The position numbers and the translations under genes were made by a program. A DNA stretch of 64,000 bases from a virus: IMG/VR virus record IMGVR_UViG_3300032294_003343, positions 32,001 to 96,000 of that record, one strand, 5' to 3'. Each line of letters starts with the position of its first letter. The stretch's first letter is position 1. Below are positions 1 through 8,234 of this stretch, piece after piece. Below the pieces are notes generated by a model. The model had not been told where the DNA came from. It did no database searches and worked only from the letters and a program-made list of their open reading frames with translations.

Positions 1-2
1 AC

Positions 3-1133
3 GCAGAGGATGATGATGAAACAACCTATGCCTATGCAAATAACATTAATACCGCTGATGGTGGCACTCATCTTAGTGGCTTCAAAACATCTATCACAAG
101 AGTAGTAAATCAATTCTCTCGTTCTTTGGGTGTTATCAAGGAAAAAGAACCTAATTTGACTGGTGAAGATATCCGTGAAGGTATTGTTGCCATCATTTCT
201 GTTCGTCTTCCACAACCTCAATTTGAAGGACAGACAAAGGGTAAGCTTGGCTCTCCTGAGGTTGAAGGCGTTGTAAATAGACTTTTCTCCGAAGCACTTA
301 CTGAATATTTTGAGAAGAATCCATCTATCCTCAAGATGATTGCTGAACGTGCTTTACGTGCTGCTCGTGCAAGAGCTGCAGCAAAGAAAGCTTCTGAATC
401 TATTAAGCGTCAAGGTTTTCTTGGTAAGTCAGGTTCACTCCCAGGTAAATTGTCTGACTGTGATACCGAAGATGTAGCAATTTCAGAATTATTCTTGGTT
501 GAAGGTGATTCTGCTGCTGGATCTTCAAAGGGTGGGCGCAATCCTATCACTCAAGCAATTCTTCCTATTCGTGGAAAAATCATAAATCCAGAGAAGAATG
601 AACTTGCTAAACTTCTTGCAAATGAAGAAGTTTCTGCACTTATTTCAGCTATTGGCACTGGAATTCGTGATGATTTCAAGATTGAAGATTTGCGATATGG
701 CAAGATTATCATTATGACTGACGCAGATGATGATGGCGCTCACATTGCAGCTCTTTTGATGACATTCTTCTATCGTTTCATGCGTCCTCTGGTTTTGAAA
801 GGTCATTTATATCTTGCAAAACCACCTCTATACCGTGTGACTGTAAAGAATAATCACAATTACATTCATACAGAAGAAGAGCTTAATTCCTATCGTGCTA
901 AGTATGGTGATAAAATTGATGTAACACGATTCAAGGGATTAGGTGAAATGGATGCTGATGAACTTGGACACACAACTATGGAAATTGGCACACGTCAAAT
1001 AATCAAAATTGGTGTCGAAGATGCAGAAGAAGCTTCAAATATGCTCAGTGTTTTGATGGGCAATGAAGTAGGTCCACGTAAGGCTCATATAATCAAAAAG
1101 TCTTTTGATCGTAGTAAGGAAGTTGAAAACTAA
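3..1133 (+). CDS. gyrB: DNA gyrase subunit B, 5'-truncated by the window edge
   Basis: The frame is open from nt 3 (AEDDDETTYAYANNINTADGGTHLSGF...), upstream of the track's TTG at 126. Motifs PQFEGQTK, LPGKLSDC, Toprim EGDSAAGS, PIRGKIIN, DADDDGAHI, RFKGLGEM. Short form without the proteobacterial insert; stop overlaps the gyrA start (TAATG). Confidence 0.97.
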   Translation, partial: AEDDDETTYAYANNINTADGGTHLSGFKTSITRVVNQFSRSLGVIKEKEPNLTGEDIREGIVAIISVRLPQPQFEGQTKGKLGSPEVEGVVNRLFSEALTEYFEKNPSILKMIAERALRAARARAAAKKASESIKRQGFLGKSGSLPGKLSDCDTEDVAISELFLVEGDSAAGSSKGGRNPITQAILPIRGKIINPEKNELAKLLANEEVSALISAIGTGIRDDFKIEDLRYGKIIIMTDADDDGAHIAALLMTFFYRFMRPLVLKGHLYLAKPPLYRVTVKNNHNYIHTEEELNSYRAKYGDKIDVTRFKGLGEMDADELGHTTMEIGTRQIIKIGVEDAEEASNMLSVLMGNEVGPRKAHIIKKSFDRSKEVEN

Positions 1134-3652
1134 TGGCAAGGAATCTTAAAGTCAAGAATGTTGTAGAAGCATCAAACTTGACAGATACAATTCTTGAAAA
1201 GAATTTTGTTGATCTTATTGATGAACGATTTACTAACTATGCTTTTGCAGTTATGGAAGATCGTGCATTGCCAGATGCTCGTGATGGCCTAAAGCCATCA
1301 CAGCGTCGCACACTTGTTGCTATGGATGACCTTAAGCTCCGTGCATCAGGTAAAACCAAGAAATGTGCAAAGATTTGTGGTGATGTTTCTGGAAATTATC
1401 ACCCACACGGAGAAGCAGTGGTTTATCCTACTCTTGTTCGTATGGCACAAACTTGGTCATTGCGTTACCCACTTATCACACCTCAGGGAAACTTTGGTTC
1501 TCCTGCTCCTGAAGATAAGCCAGCTGCAATGCGTTATACAGAGGCAAAACTGTCTTCATTTGGTGATTTGATGGTTAATGAATTATCTGACCAGGTAGTT
1601 CGTTATCAATCAAACTATAATGATGAAATGATGGAGCCAACTGTACTTCCATCCTTATTCCCTAACTTGATTGTTAATGGATGTAGTGGTATTGCAGTTG
1701 GATGGGCAACAAATATGGCACCTCACAATCTACGTGAAGTAGCCAAGTTAGTTGATGCTTATATCAAGAACCCAGAAATCACAACTGACGAAGCTCTTCA
1801 GATTGTTCCAGGCCCAGACTTTCCAATCCGTTGTAAGGTTTTAGGTTTGGATGGTATCCGTTCATATTTCACAAATGGGCGTGGAACTGTTCAACTTGAA
1901 GGCTATTACGACATTGTTCAAGAGCGAAATCAAGAAATTATCAAGGTAAGTGAATTGCCTTATGGTAGTAGTGCTGAAAGCTTTTGCCGTGAAATCAAAG
2001 ACCTTGTTGAGAGTAAGAAGATTGAGGGAATTACAGGCCTCAAGAACCTTACTAGCAAGAAGGGTATGGATGTCCGTATCTGGCTTCATAAGAGTGCAAG
2101 TTCTCAAGTTGTTCTAAATCAACTTCTTAAGCGTACATCTCTTCGAACAAGTTTCTCTGTCAATTCCACTGTTCTTATGGATGGCAAGAAGGTTGTTGAG
2201 AATGTATCTATTCTTCAATTGGTAAAGGCATTTGTAGACCATCGTAAAGAAGTTCTAACGAATAAATTTACAGCTGAACACGCAAAGAATAGCTCCCGCA
2301 TTCATATTCTTGAGGGTCTTCTTGGAATTACAGATAAGATTGATGCAGTTATCAAGCTTGTTCGTAATGCTGATAATAAAGAAGAAGCAGCTAGAGAACT
2401 TATTGCTCAAGGGTTTGTTTCATCACAAGAACAAGCTGATGCAGTATTAAGAATTACTCTTGGAAACCTTACTAAACTTGACACTCGTGCATTACAAGAC
2501 GAGTTTGACAAGTTGACCAAGCGTAATGAATGGTTGGCTGCTCAATTAGCTTCAGAAAAGAAAATGCTCAATCTTATTTCAAAAGAACAGCTTGAATTAG
2601 CTGAAAAGTTTGGAGATGATCGACGTTCTGAAATCCTTGCCCTTGAAGATGAAATTTCTTATGAAGATCTAATCAAGGAAGAAGAAATCATCGTTTCATT
2701 GACTAAAGATGGATACATTAAGCGTGTTCCTCTTGATACATTTAGAACCCAAAACCGTGGTGGCAAGGGTGTCATTGGAGTCAAGGGACGTGAAGAAGAT
2801 GAAGCTTCTGATATCTTCAGCGGAACCACTCACGACCTGTTCTTATTCTTTACAAATCAAGGTAATTTGTTGAAGAAGAAGGGTTATGAAATTCCTCTTG
2901 CTTCTCGTACTTCAAAGGGTACACACCTTAATAATCTCTTGAATTTGACTGAAGGTGAAGCTGTTTCTTCAACAATTACACTTAAGTCTCTGGACGTTGA
3001 TGGCTTCTTTATTATGGTAACTAATAAGGGATTGATTAAGCGTTCGGAAATTCGAGAATACAATACCAGTTTGCGTAAACGTGGATTGAAAGCAATTTCC
3101 CTTACTGAAGGTGATAACTTAAACTTTGTTATGACCACTGATGGAAATAAAGACGTTATGCTTGTAACATCTATGGGTATGGCTGTTCGATATAATGAAA
3201 CTTTGGTTCGTTGTATCGGTAAAAATGGTCAAGGTAGCCGTTCAATGCTTCTTTCTCCAGACGACAGTATTGCTGCTATGCTTGCTATAGATGCAGAAGC
3301 TGATCCTTCAATTCTTGTTATTACAGAATCAGGAAAGGGAAAGAAGACTTCAGCGTCAGAGTATCGATCTACTGCTGGACGTTCTGTAAAGGGCCAGAGA
3401 ACCATCAATCATCATAAGCGAGAGATTACAGGCAAAATTGTTTCTGCTCTTGCATTGAATGACAGTGATGATATTTTGGTACTTACAAACAAGGGTAAGA
3501 TGATGCGTTGTAATTTGGATAGTCTTAGAAACAAATCCAAGGCAACACAAGCCACTACTATTGTTGCTTTAGATGATAATGATTCCGTACAAACTGCAGT
3601 GGTTGTCCCATATGTAGGCGAATCAGAGTCAGAAGAAGAATTTACAGAATAA
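1133..3652 (+). CDS. gyrA: DNA gyrase subunit A
   Basis: RALPDARDGLKPSQRR, YHPHG, catalytic AAMRYTE, GIAVGWATN, GyrA-box QNRGGKG, C-terminal beta-pinwheel repeats, acidic tail. Confidence 0.97.
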   Translation: MARNLKVKNVVEASNLTDTILEKNFVDLIDERFTNYAFAVMEDRALPDARDGLKPSQRRTLVAMDDLKLRASGKTKKCAKICGDVSGNYHPHGEAVVYPTLVRMAQTWSLRYPLITPQGNFGSPAPEDKPAAMRYTEAKLSSFGDLMVNELSDQVVRYQSNYNDEMMEPTVLPSLFPNLIVNGCSGIAVGWATNMAPHNLREVAKLVDAYIKNPEITTDEALQIVPGPDFPIRCKVLGLDGIRSYFTNGRGTVQLEGYYDIVQERNQEIIKVSELPYGSSAESFCREIKDLVESKKIEGITGLKNLTSKKGMDVRIWLHKSASSQVVLNQLLKRTSLRTSFSVNSTVLMDGKKVVENVSILQLVKAFVDHRKEVLTNKFTAEHAKNSSRIHILEGLLGITDKIDAVIKLVRNADNKEEAARELIAQGFVSSQEQADAVLRITLGNLTKLDTRALQDEFDKLTKRNEWLAAQLASEKKMLNLISKEQLELAEKFGDDRRSEILALEDEISYEDLIKEEEIIVSLTKDGYIKRVPLDTFRTQNRGGKGVIGVKGREEDEASDIFSGTTHDLFLFFTNQGNLLKKKGYEIPLASRTSKGTHLNNLLNLTEGEAVSSTITLKSLDVDGFFIMVTNKGLIKRSEIREYNTSLRKRGLKAISLTEGDNLNFVMTTDGNKDVMLVTSMGMAVRYNETLVRCIGKNGQGSRSMLLSPDDSIAAMLAIDAEADPSILVITESGKGKKTSASEYRSTAGRSVKGQRTINHHKREITGKIVSALALNDSDDILVLTNKGKMMRCNLDSLRNKSKATQATTIVALDDNDSVQTAVVVPYVGESESEEEFTE

Positions 3653-3664
3653 TAGGTGTAAATT

Positions 3665-4051
3665 ATGGCTAACGCATTGTTTGATAGTGGCAGAGATGGT
3701 TTCTTAAATGGTGAATTTAACTGGTCAGCAGATTCTTTCAAAGTAATTTTGCTTTCAAGTCAATACACCGTAGATCTAATCAATCACGTCACTACAGCAA
3801 GCGTTGGAGGAACAGTAGCTATATCAGGAGTTATGACTACCATAACTCCTGGTAAAGGCGTAGCAGATGCAAACGATTTGACAATAGCTGGTGTCGCAGG
3901 AACTACTGTTACTCAATATGTAATTTTTCATGATACATCTAAAAAACTTATTGCTTATTTTGACACATCATCAAATTTACCAGTGGTTCCAAATGGTGGA
4001 AACATTACTCTGCAATGGAGTAATACCGATAACAGAATCTTCAAGCTCTAG
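3665..4051 (+). CDS. Phage virion-associated protein (MANALFD...PNGGNITLQW type)
   Basis: SD-like AGGTG upstream; sequence resembles small beta-rich proteins common in phage tail modules. Confidence 0.6.
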   Translation: MANALFDSGRDGFLNGEFNWSADSFKVILLSSQYTVDLINHVTTASVGGTVAISGVMTTITPGKGVADANDLTIAGVAGTTVTQYVIFHDTSKKLIAYFDTSSNLPVVPNGGNITLQWSNTDNRIFKL

Positions 4052-4070
4052 ATTTTCTAGAGCTTTTTTT
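4043..4070 (+). terminator. Intrinsic terminator
   Basis: AAGCTCTAGA-ttt-TCTAGAGCTT perfect 10-bp stem running into a T tract, overlapping the stop at 4051. Confidence 0.8.
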
Positions 4071-4072
4071 AT

Positions 4073-4099
4073 AGGTAAAAGTGGTCTAAAAATGGGAAT
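4073..4099 (+). promoter_or_regulatory. Putative phage promoter AGG-N20-GAAT
   Basis: Same spaced motif recurs in four other intergenic gaps; lies between the terminator and the ATG at 4121. Confidence 0.45.
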
Positions 4100-4120
4100 T
4101 TTAACAATTGAGACCACAAT

Positions 4121-4954
4121 ATGAACAACGCAACAATCAAATCCTGGATCAATAGAGCATACGTTTTTGAAGAAAGCCATATAAATGCTTTTGTAGCTTC
4201 ATCGTCTGGAGGCAGCGGTGGCACTGGAGGAACTGGTGGTACTGGTGGCACTGGAGGAACTGGTGGTACTGGAGGAACCGGGGGAGCAGGTTCAGGCTCT
4301 ACCGTGTTGTATTTCTCTGTTCCAAATTCTTCTTCATACCCTGGCACTGGATTTACTATATTTGACCTTAGTGGCTACGGTTATAATGGCTATCTATATA
4401 ACGGAACAAATTATGTAGATAGTGGAAACGCTGATTATTTATTCTTTGATGGAACAAACAACTACGTTGGAATAAGCACTACCGTAACTTCTAACACTAA
4501 TGATGTCAACATTACTACTTGGGTAAATTCATCTATAGTCACACAATCAGGGCAAATGATTGTTTACATAGGTAGTGAACAAAACCTTAATGGTTATGGA
4601 ATAGCAATCAATAAAGAATATGTAACATCAGGGAATGTTTACATAAGATATGGAAACGTAAGATGGTACAACTCTGGTATTGCATTATCTTCAAATAGTT
4701 GGAATCATTTATCGCTAAATATAAATAGTGACACATCTAATGATTTATATGTCAATGGTGTATTAAGATATTCTGGTCCTATTTCTGCAATTAATACCCC
4801 GACATTGCACACTGAAATTGGAAGAAGCGATTTTACTACATATGCTTATCCAAGATATTTAAATGGAAAAGTTTCTCAGGTTATTATTTCTAGTGGAATA
4901 TTAACTACAAGTCAAATTTTGTCGCATTATAACTCAACTAAAAATAATTATTAA
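4121..4954 (+). CDS. LamG/concanavalin A-like lectin domain virion protein with Gly-Gly-Thr linker
   Basis: FDGTNNYV, ITTWV, WNHLSL, LYVNG, LNGKVSQV...LTTSQILSHYN are typical of phage LamG-like domains. Confidence 0.8.
   Translation: MNNATIKSWINRAYVFEESHINAFVASSSGGSGGTGGTGGTGGTGGTGGTGGTGGAGSGSTVLYFSVPNSSSYPGTGFTIFDLSGYGYNGYLYNGTNYVDSGNADYLFFDGTNNYVGISTTVTSNTNDVNITTWVNSSIVTQSGQMIVYIGSEQNLNGYGIAINKEYVTSGNVYIRYGNVRWYNSGIALSSNSWNHLSLNINSDTSNDLYVNGVLRYSGPISAINTPTLHTEIGRSDFTTYAYPRYLNGKVSQVIISSGILTTSQILSHYNSTKNNY
4217..4279 (+). repeat. (Gly-Gly-Thr)x7 coding tandem repeat including a perfect 27-bp duplication
   Basis: ggtggcactggaggaactggtggtact at 4217-4243 and 4244-4270. Confidence 0.9.
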
Positions 4955-4967
4955 ATGGAATATTGAT

Positions 4968-5285
4968 ATGCTCAACAACGAATATTTATCAGGAACTACC
5001 TTAAAAATATATGCTCATCTCAAAAATGAAAGTGGTACAGGAATTTCTGCAGACAGTTTGACATTTTATATAACTGAACCTGGGGGGATTGGATATACAT
5101 ACTATTACAACATTGGATCTGGTAGTGGTAATTCACAACCTGTCCAATCTACAGACACAGTAGGTATTTATTACAAAGAATGGACCCCTTCAAGAATTGG
5201 AACATATAAATATTCTTGGAAAGCATCAGGGACTATCAATTCTACTTTCAAAAGTTTTTTTGAAGTGAAAGATTATAGGTGGTAA
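4968..5285 (+). CDS. Small Ig-like beta-sandwich phage structural protein (hypothetical)
   Basis: 105-aa ORF with GIYYKEW...GTYKYSW pattern; abuts the next gene. Confidence 0.6.
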   Translation: MLNNEYLSGTTLKIYAHLKNESGTGISADSLTFYITEPGGIGYTYYYNIGSGSGNSQPVQSTDTVGIYYKEWTPSRIGTYKYSWKASGTINSTFKSFFEVKDYRW

Positions 5286-6236
5286 ATGGCTTTTCCAGGC
5301 ATACTTACAAGAGGTGAGTTTTCAACAGGTCTTAATACAAAAAGTATATGTGTTAATGGTGCATATCTTATTGTTGAAGAATGTAATATAAATCAGAATC
5401 AAGAGCATAATTTAAATAATTATATTCAAGGTGGTCCTGCTTATGCTGTTTATAATCTTGGAGCAAAGAAATACGAAGGATCAATTTCATTTCCGCTTAG
5501 AGTAGATCAAGATGGCAACTTAGAGCCAGCTGCAATCACTTTGCTTCAATATGCAGCAAAACCAATGTCTGCCCTGACAATCGACACTCATCATTTATTA
5601 TCAATGAAAACAACCACAGTTTTGGATCCTGGAACAGATAACAATAAAAATCTTTCTTTGGATTCAGTTGTAATAAGTAATTTAACAATATCGTGCAGTG
5701 AAAGTAATAAAGTGATGGTCAGAATTGATGTCACTGGTATGGTTGATGAAGAAAAAGAATCTGAATTTAATTTTAGCACAGATTTTTTGTTAGGAAGGGC
5801 TTTGACTTGGGCAGATTGCAATGCTAGTAGAAAAGAATCTTCCATGCGTACTACTTCCAGCATAGAAGTAAGAATTGAAAATGAATTAATTACTCCTGTT
5901 TTTCTTATGCCTTATTTATCATTTCCTGGCGCTGGTGTGACTGAATCTAAAGATCAAATAGAGCTAATTGGAGTTCAATCAACAAAATGGAGTGGAAATG
6001 TCTCTGAAGTTATCAGAAATGGTGCTGATTTACATACATTTATCCATGGTGGTTTGATGCATGATTCCAACTTGGTTTTAGAATTTGGACCTGTGAAAGC
6101 AACATTTCCAAACCCGGTGTTCAAAATTGGACAAACTCCTTTGACTTCTCAAATTATAAGGAGAACAACTGAATGGGCTGGAATAAATAAACCTGATGCT
6201 TCTATGAACGACAATGGCTTATTCACTTTTGTTTAA
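5286..6236 (+). CDS. Putative tail tube-like protein (paralog 1)
   Basis: Beta-rich; YNLGAKKYEGSISFP and GVQSTKWSGNV resemble tail-tube motifs; N-terminus aligns with the next gene. Confidence 0.5.
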   Translation: MAFPGILTRGEFSTGLNTKSICVNGAYLIVEECNINQNQEHNLNNYIQGGPAYAVYNLGAKKYEGSISFPLRVDQDGNLEPAAITLLQYAAKPMSALTIDTHHLLSMKTTTVLDPGTDNNKNLSLDSVVISNLTISCSESNKVMVRIDVTGMVDEEKESEFNFSTDFLLGRALTWADCNASRKESSMRTTSSIEVRIENELITPVFLMPYLSFPGAGVTESKDQIELIGVQSTKWSGNVSEVIRNGADLHTFIHGGLMHDSNLVLEFGPVKATFPNPVFKIGQTPLTSQIIRRTTEWAGINKPDASMNDNGLFTFV

Positions 6237-6238
6237 AA

Positions 6239-6264
6239 AGGTAAGCATCAAGAAAATAAAGAAT
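6239..6264 (+). promoter_or_regulatory. Putative phage late promoter AGG-N19-GAAT
   Basis: aaAGGtaagcatcaagaaaataaaGAATatttt; shares AAAGAATATTTT with the copy at about 37190. Confidence 0.55.
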
Positions 6265-6325
6265 ATTTTGAATAACCTAAAAAAACAAAAGAAGTAAATA
6301 AATCTTTTGAAAGTGAGTTGATAAA

Positions 6326-7348
6326 ATGCCTATTAATAATGATATTCTTGGTATTTACAAATCAGTGTTTATCACAGTTGCTGGTGGAACTGCTAGATCA
6401 TACATTGTTGAAAGTGCCAGTAGATCGGTTACAATTGATGCTTCACCTAAAGTATTAATGCAAGGAAGTCCAAAAACTAGAATTATGGACATCGGTGGAG
6501 TTACTGAAACAATTTCCATTCAGGCTCCTATTTTGATTGGTGGTGGTGCTGCTGCTGATGGTAGAGCTATTGCTACACAAAAAATCAATGAAATTCTTGA
6601 TCCTACAAATGCTACCTTACCTATCCTTAAGTCAGCTTCATTTAGCATCAATGAAGGTGGTGGATCTGTTTCATTAACACTCGAGAGTGATGGTGATTCT
6701 GGTGTTGGAACCTCTGCGTTCTTTGTTGTTAACTCTAACACCCCTCACCCAACATTGAACCCAGTTGGAACTGGTGGCTCAGGTACTACTGCTTTTGGTC
6801 CTACAAGAGTTGCTCGTTTCTATGACTTTAGAGCTCAAATTGGTGAGAGAAAATACTTCATTCAAGAAGCAAATGTTGACGTTAATGTAGAAACTCAAAA
6901 AACCTACTTCATCAACCCTTATGACTTTTCAGATCCTAACATTGGCTACCAATTGAGTGGTGGTGGTGGTACTAGCTTACCATCAGTTCTTTCTGGTAAT
7001 GGTATTTCCTACAAGTATGGAACTCAATTCCCGCACATTGGTGTAAATGGTTTGACCATTTCCGGTAAGGGTAAAGGCGCTGTTGTTGTTGGTTCAACAT
7101 ATGCATCTGAAACAACTGCTGGTGTTACCACTCAATCTGCAGGTAGAACAGTTCTTGCAAGTGCTGGTGATGTTACATTTGCTCTTGAAGTTGCACAACA
7201 AGTTGGATTCAACATGGGTGCATCACCAACTTGGGCAAGTTTGATTCCTGGTATTGGATTATCAAAAGCAATCATCAATGCTACTAACTTCTCTGTAAGC
7301 ACTGGTATCTTGACTGTTGACTTTGACTTTATGTGCTACGTTGTCTAA
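6326..7348 (+). CDS. Putative major tail tube-like structural protein (paralog 2)
   Basis: Gly/Ser/Thr- and beta-rich; codon choice suggests high expression (ggt, gct, ttc, aac, atc); QGSP..MDIGGVTETISI motif; has its own upstream promoter motif. Confidence 0.5.
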   Translation: MPINNDILGIYKSVFITVAGGTARSYIVESASRSVTIDASPKVLMQGSPKTRIMDIGGVTETISIQAPILIGGGAAADGRAIATQKINEILDPTNATLPILKSASFSINEGGGSVSLTLESDGDSGVGTSAFFVVNSNTPHPTLNPVGTGGSGTTAFGPTRVARFYDFRAQIGERKYFIQEANVDVNVETQKTYFINPYDFSDPNIGYQLSGGGGTSLPSVLSGNGISYKYGTQFPHIGVNGLTISGKGKGAVVVGSTYASETTAGVTTQSAGRTVLASAGDVTFALEVAQQVGFNMGASPTWASLIPGIGLSKAIINATNFSVSTGILTVDFDFMCYVV

Positions 7349-7353
7349 TTAGA

Positions 7354-7845
7354 TTAGTCTTCGTCGAACATAAAATTTTCGTAATCCCAATCCTCATCTA
7401 GAGGTTCCATATTATCCCAAACATTAGCAACTATTTTTAAGTTGGTTTGGGATAATATGGACAAGATTATTCCATCACATAATGACATTATCAGATAAAA
7501 ATTATTCAAATTTTTATCAATAAATTTAACTGATGTATATATTACATCACCAACTTTATTTTCAATCTCCACACTTTCTACATCAGATTTATAAATTTCC
7601 AAAATCTTTATTAATGCCTGATGTATCGTTTGTATGTGAGAATTTTTATGATAATCTTTGGCTACAAAAGTAAGCATTCCTGATTCATAAGAATTCATCT
7701 CACAAGCTGATTTTTTATCCCCATCACTAAGGACGACAAAAGATCTGCCTTCAGGGTTTACAACTACACTTTCAACTAAGATAGGTATTAGCTCGTAACG
7801 ATCACTGTTATCAAGCGAATGCCTATCTATTTTTTTGTCACTCAT
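7354..7845 (-). CDS. Divergent bifunctional nuclease (DUF151/DNase-RNase) family protein
   Basis: FVVLSD...E...TIHQAL...VESVEI...VIYTSV...SLCDGIILS...IVANVWD follows the DUF151 pattern. Start moved to the ATG at 7845, which forms an ATGA overlap with the upstream stop. Confidence 0.65.
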   Translation of the reverse strand: MSDKKIDRHSLDNSDRYELIPILVESVVVNPEGRSFVVLSDGDKKSACEMNSYESGMLTFVAKDYHKNSHIQTIHQALIKILEIYKSDVESVEIENKVGDVIYTSVKFIDKNLNNFYLIMSLCDGIILSILSQTNLKIVANVWDNMEPLDEDWDYENFMFDED

Positions 7846-8234
7846 TTTTTTACACCACACTTATTGCAATGACTACACAACTTGTCATTAATGAAAGATG
7901 AAAGAGCCATTAACAATCCTCCTGAGATCATTAAGACATTAAAAACATCAAAATGAATTTTATGATCTTCGGAATGACTATGCATCAATCTACCTAAAAC
8001 GAAGCTAAATATACCAAATGCTAAAACAGCAACTGCTTTATTAGATTTATGTTGTCTATATCCAAAACAAACATTTGTAATATTAAACAAAAGAGATACG
8101 CCTAATAATACAAATTCAAATGTTTCATTGATAAACAAATATACTCCCGTTGTTGGAATTAAAATCATCAATAAAGGCAAAATTGTACAATGAACTGCAC
8201 AAATTAAAGAAGCCCATACACCTGCTTTTTTCAT
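7842..8234 (-). CDS. MerC-family membrane protein
   Basis: GVWASLICAVHC signature, GYRQH, four hydrophobic helices, His-rich loop, C-terminal CSHCNKC. Confidence 0.8.
   Translation of the reverse strand: MKKAGVWASLICAVHCTILPLLMILIPTTGVYLFINETFEFVLLGVSLLFNITNVCFGYRQHKSNKAVAVLAFGIFSFVLGRLMHSHSEDHKIHFDVFNVLMISGGLLMALSSFINDKLCSHCNKCGVKK

Noticed and set aside
4069-4347. Minus-strand ORF with (PPV)n repeat
   Set aside because: Antisense shadow of the Gly-Gly-Thr repeat in the LamG gene
7842-8234. Mercury resistance operon
   Set aside because: Only a MerC-family domain; no merA, merR, merT or merP in the window
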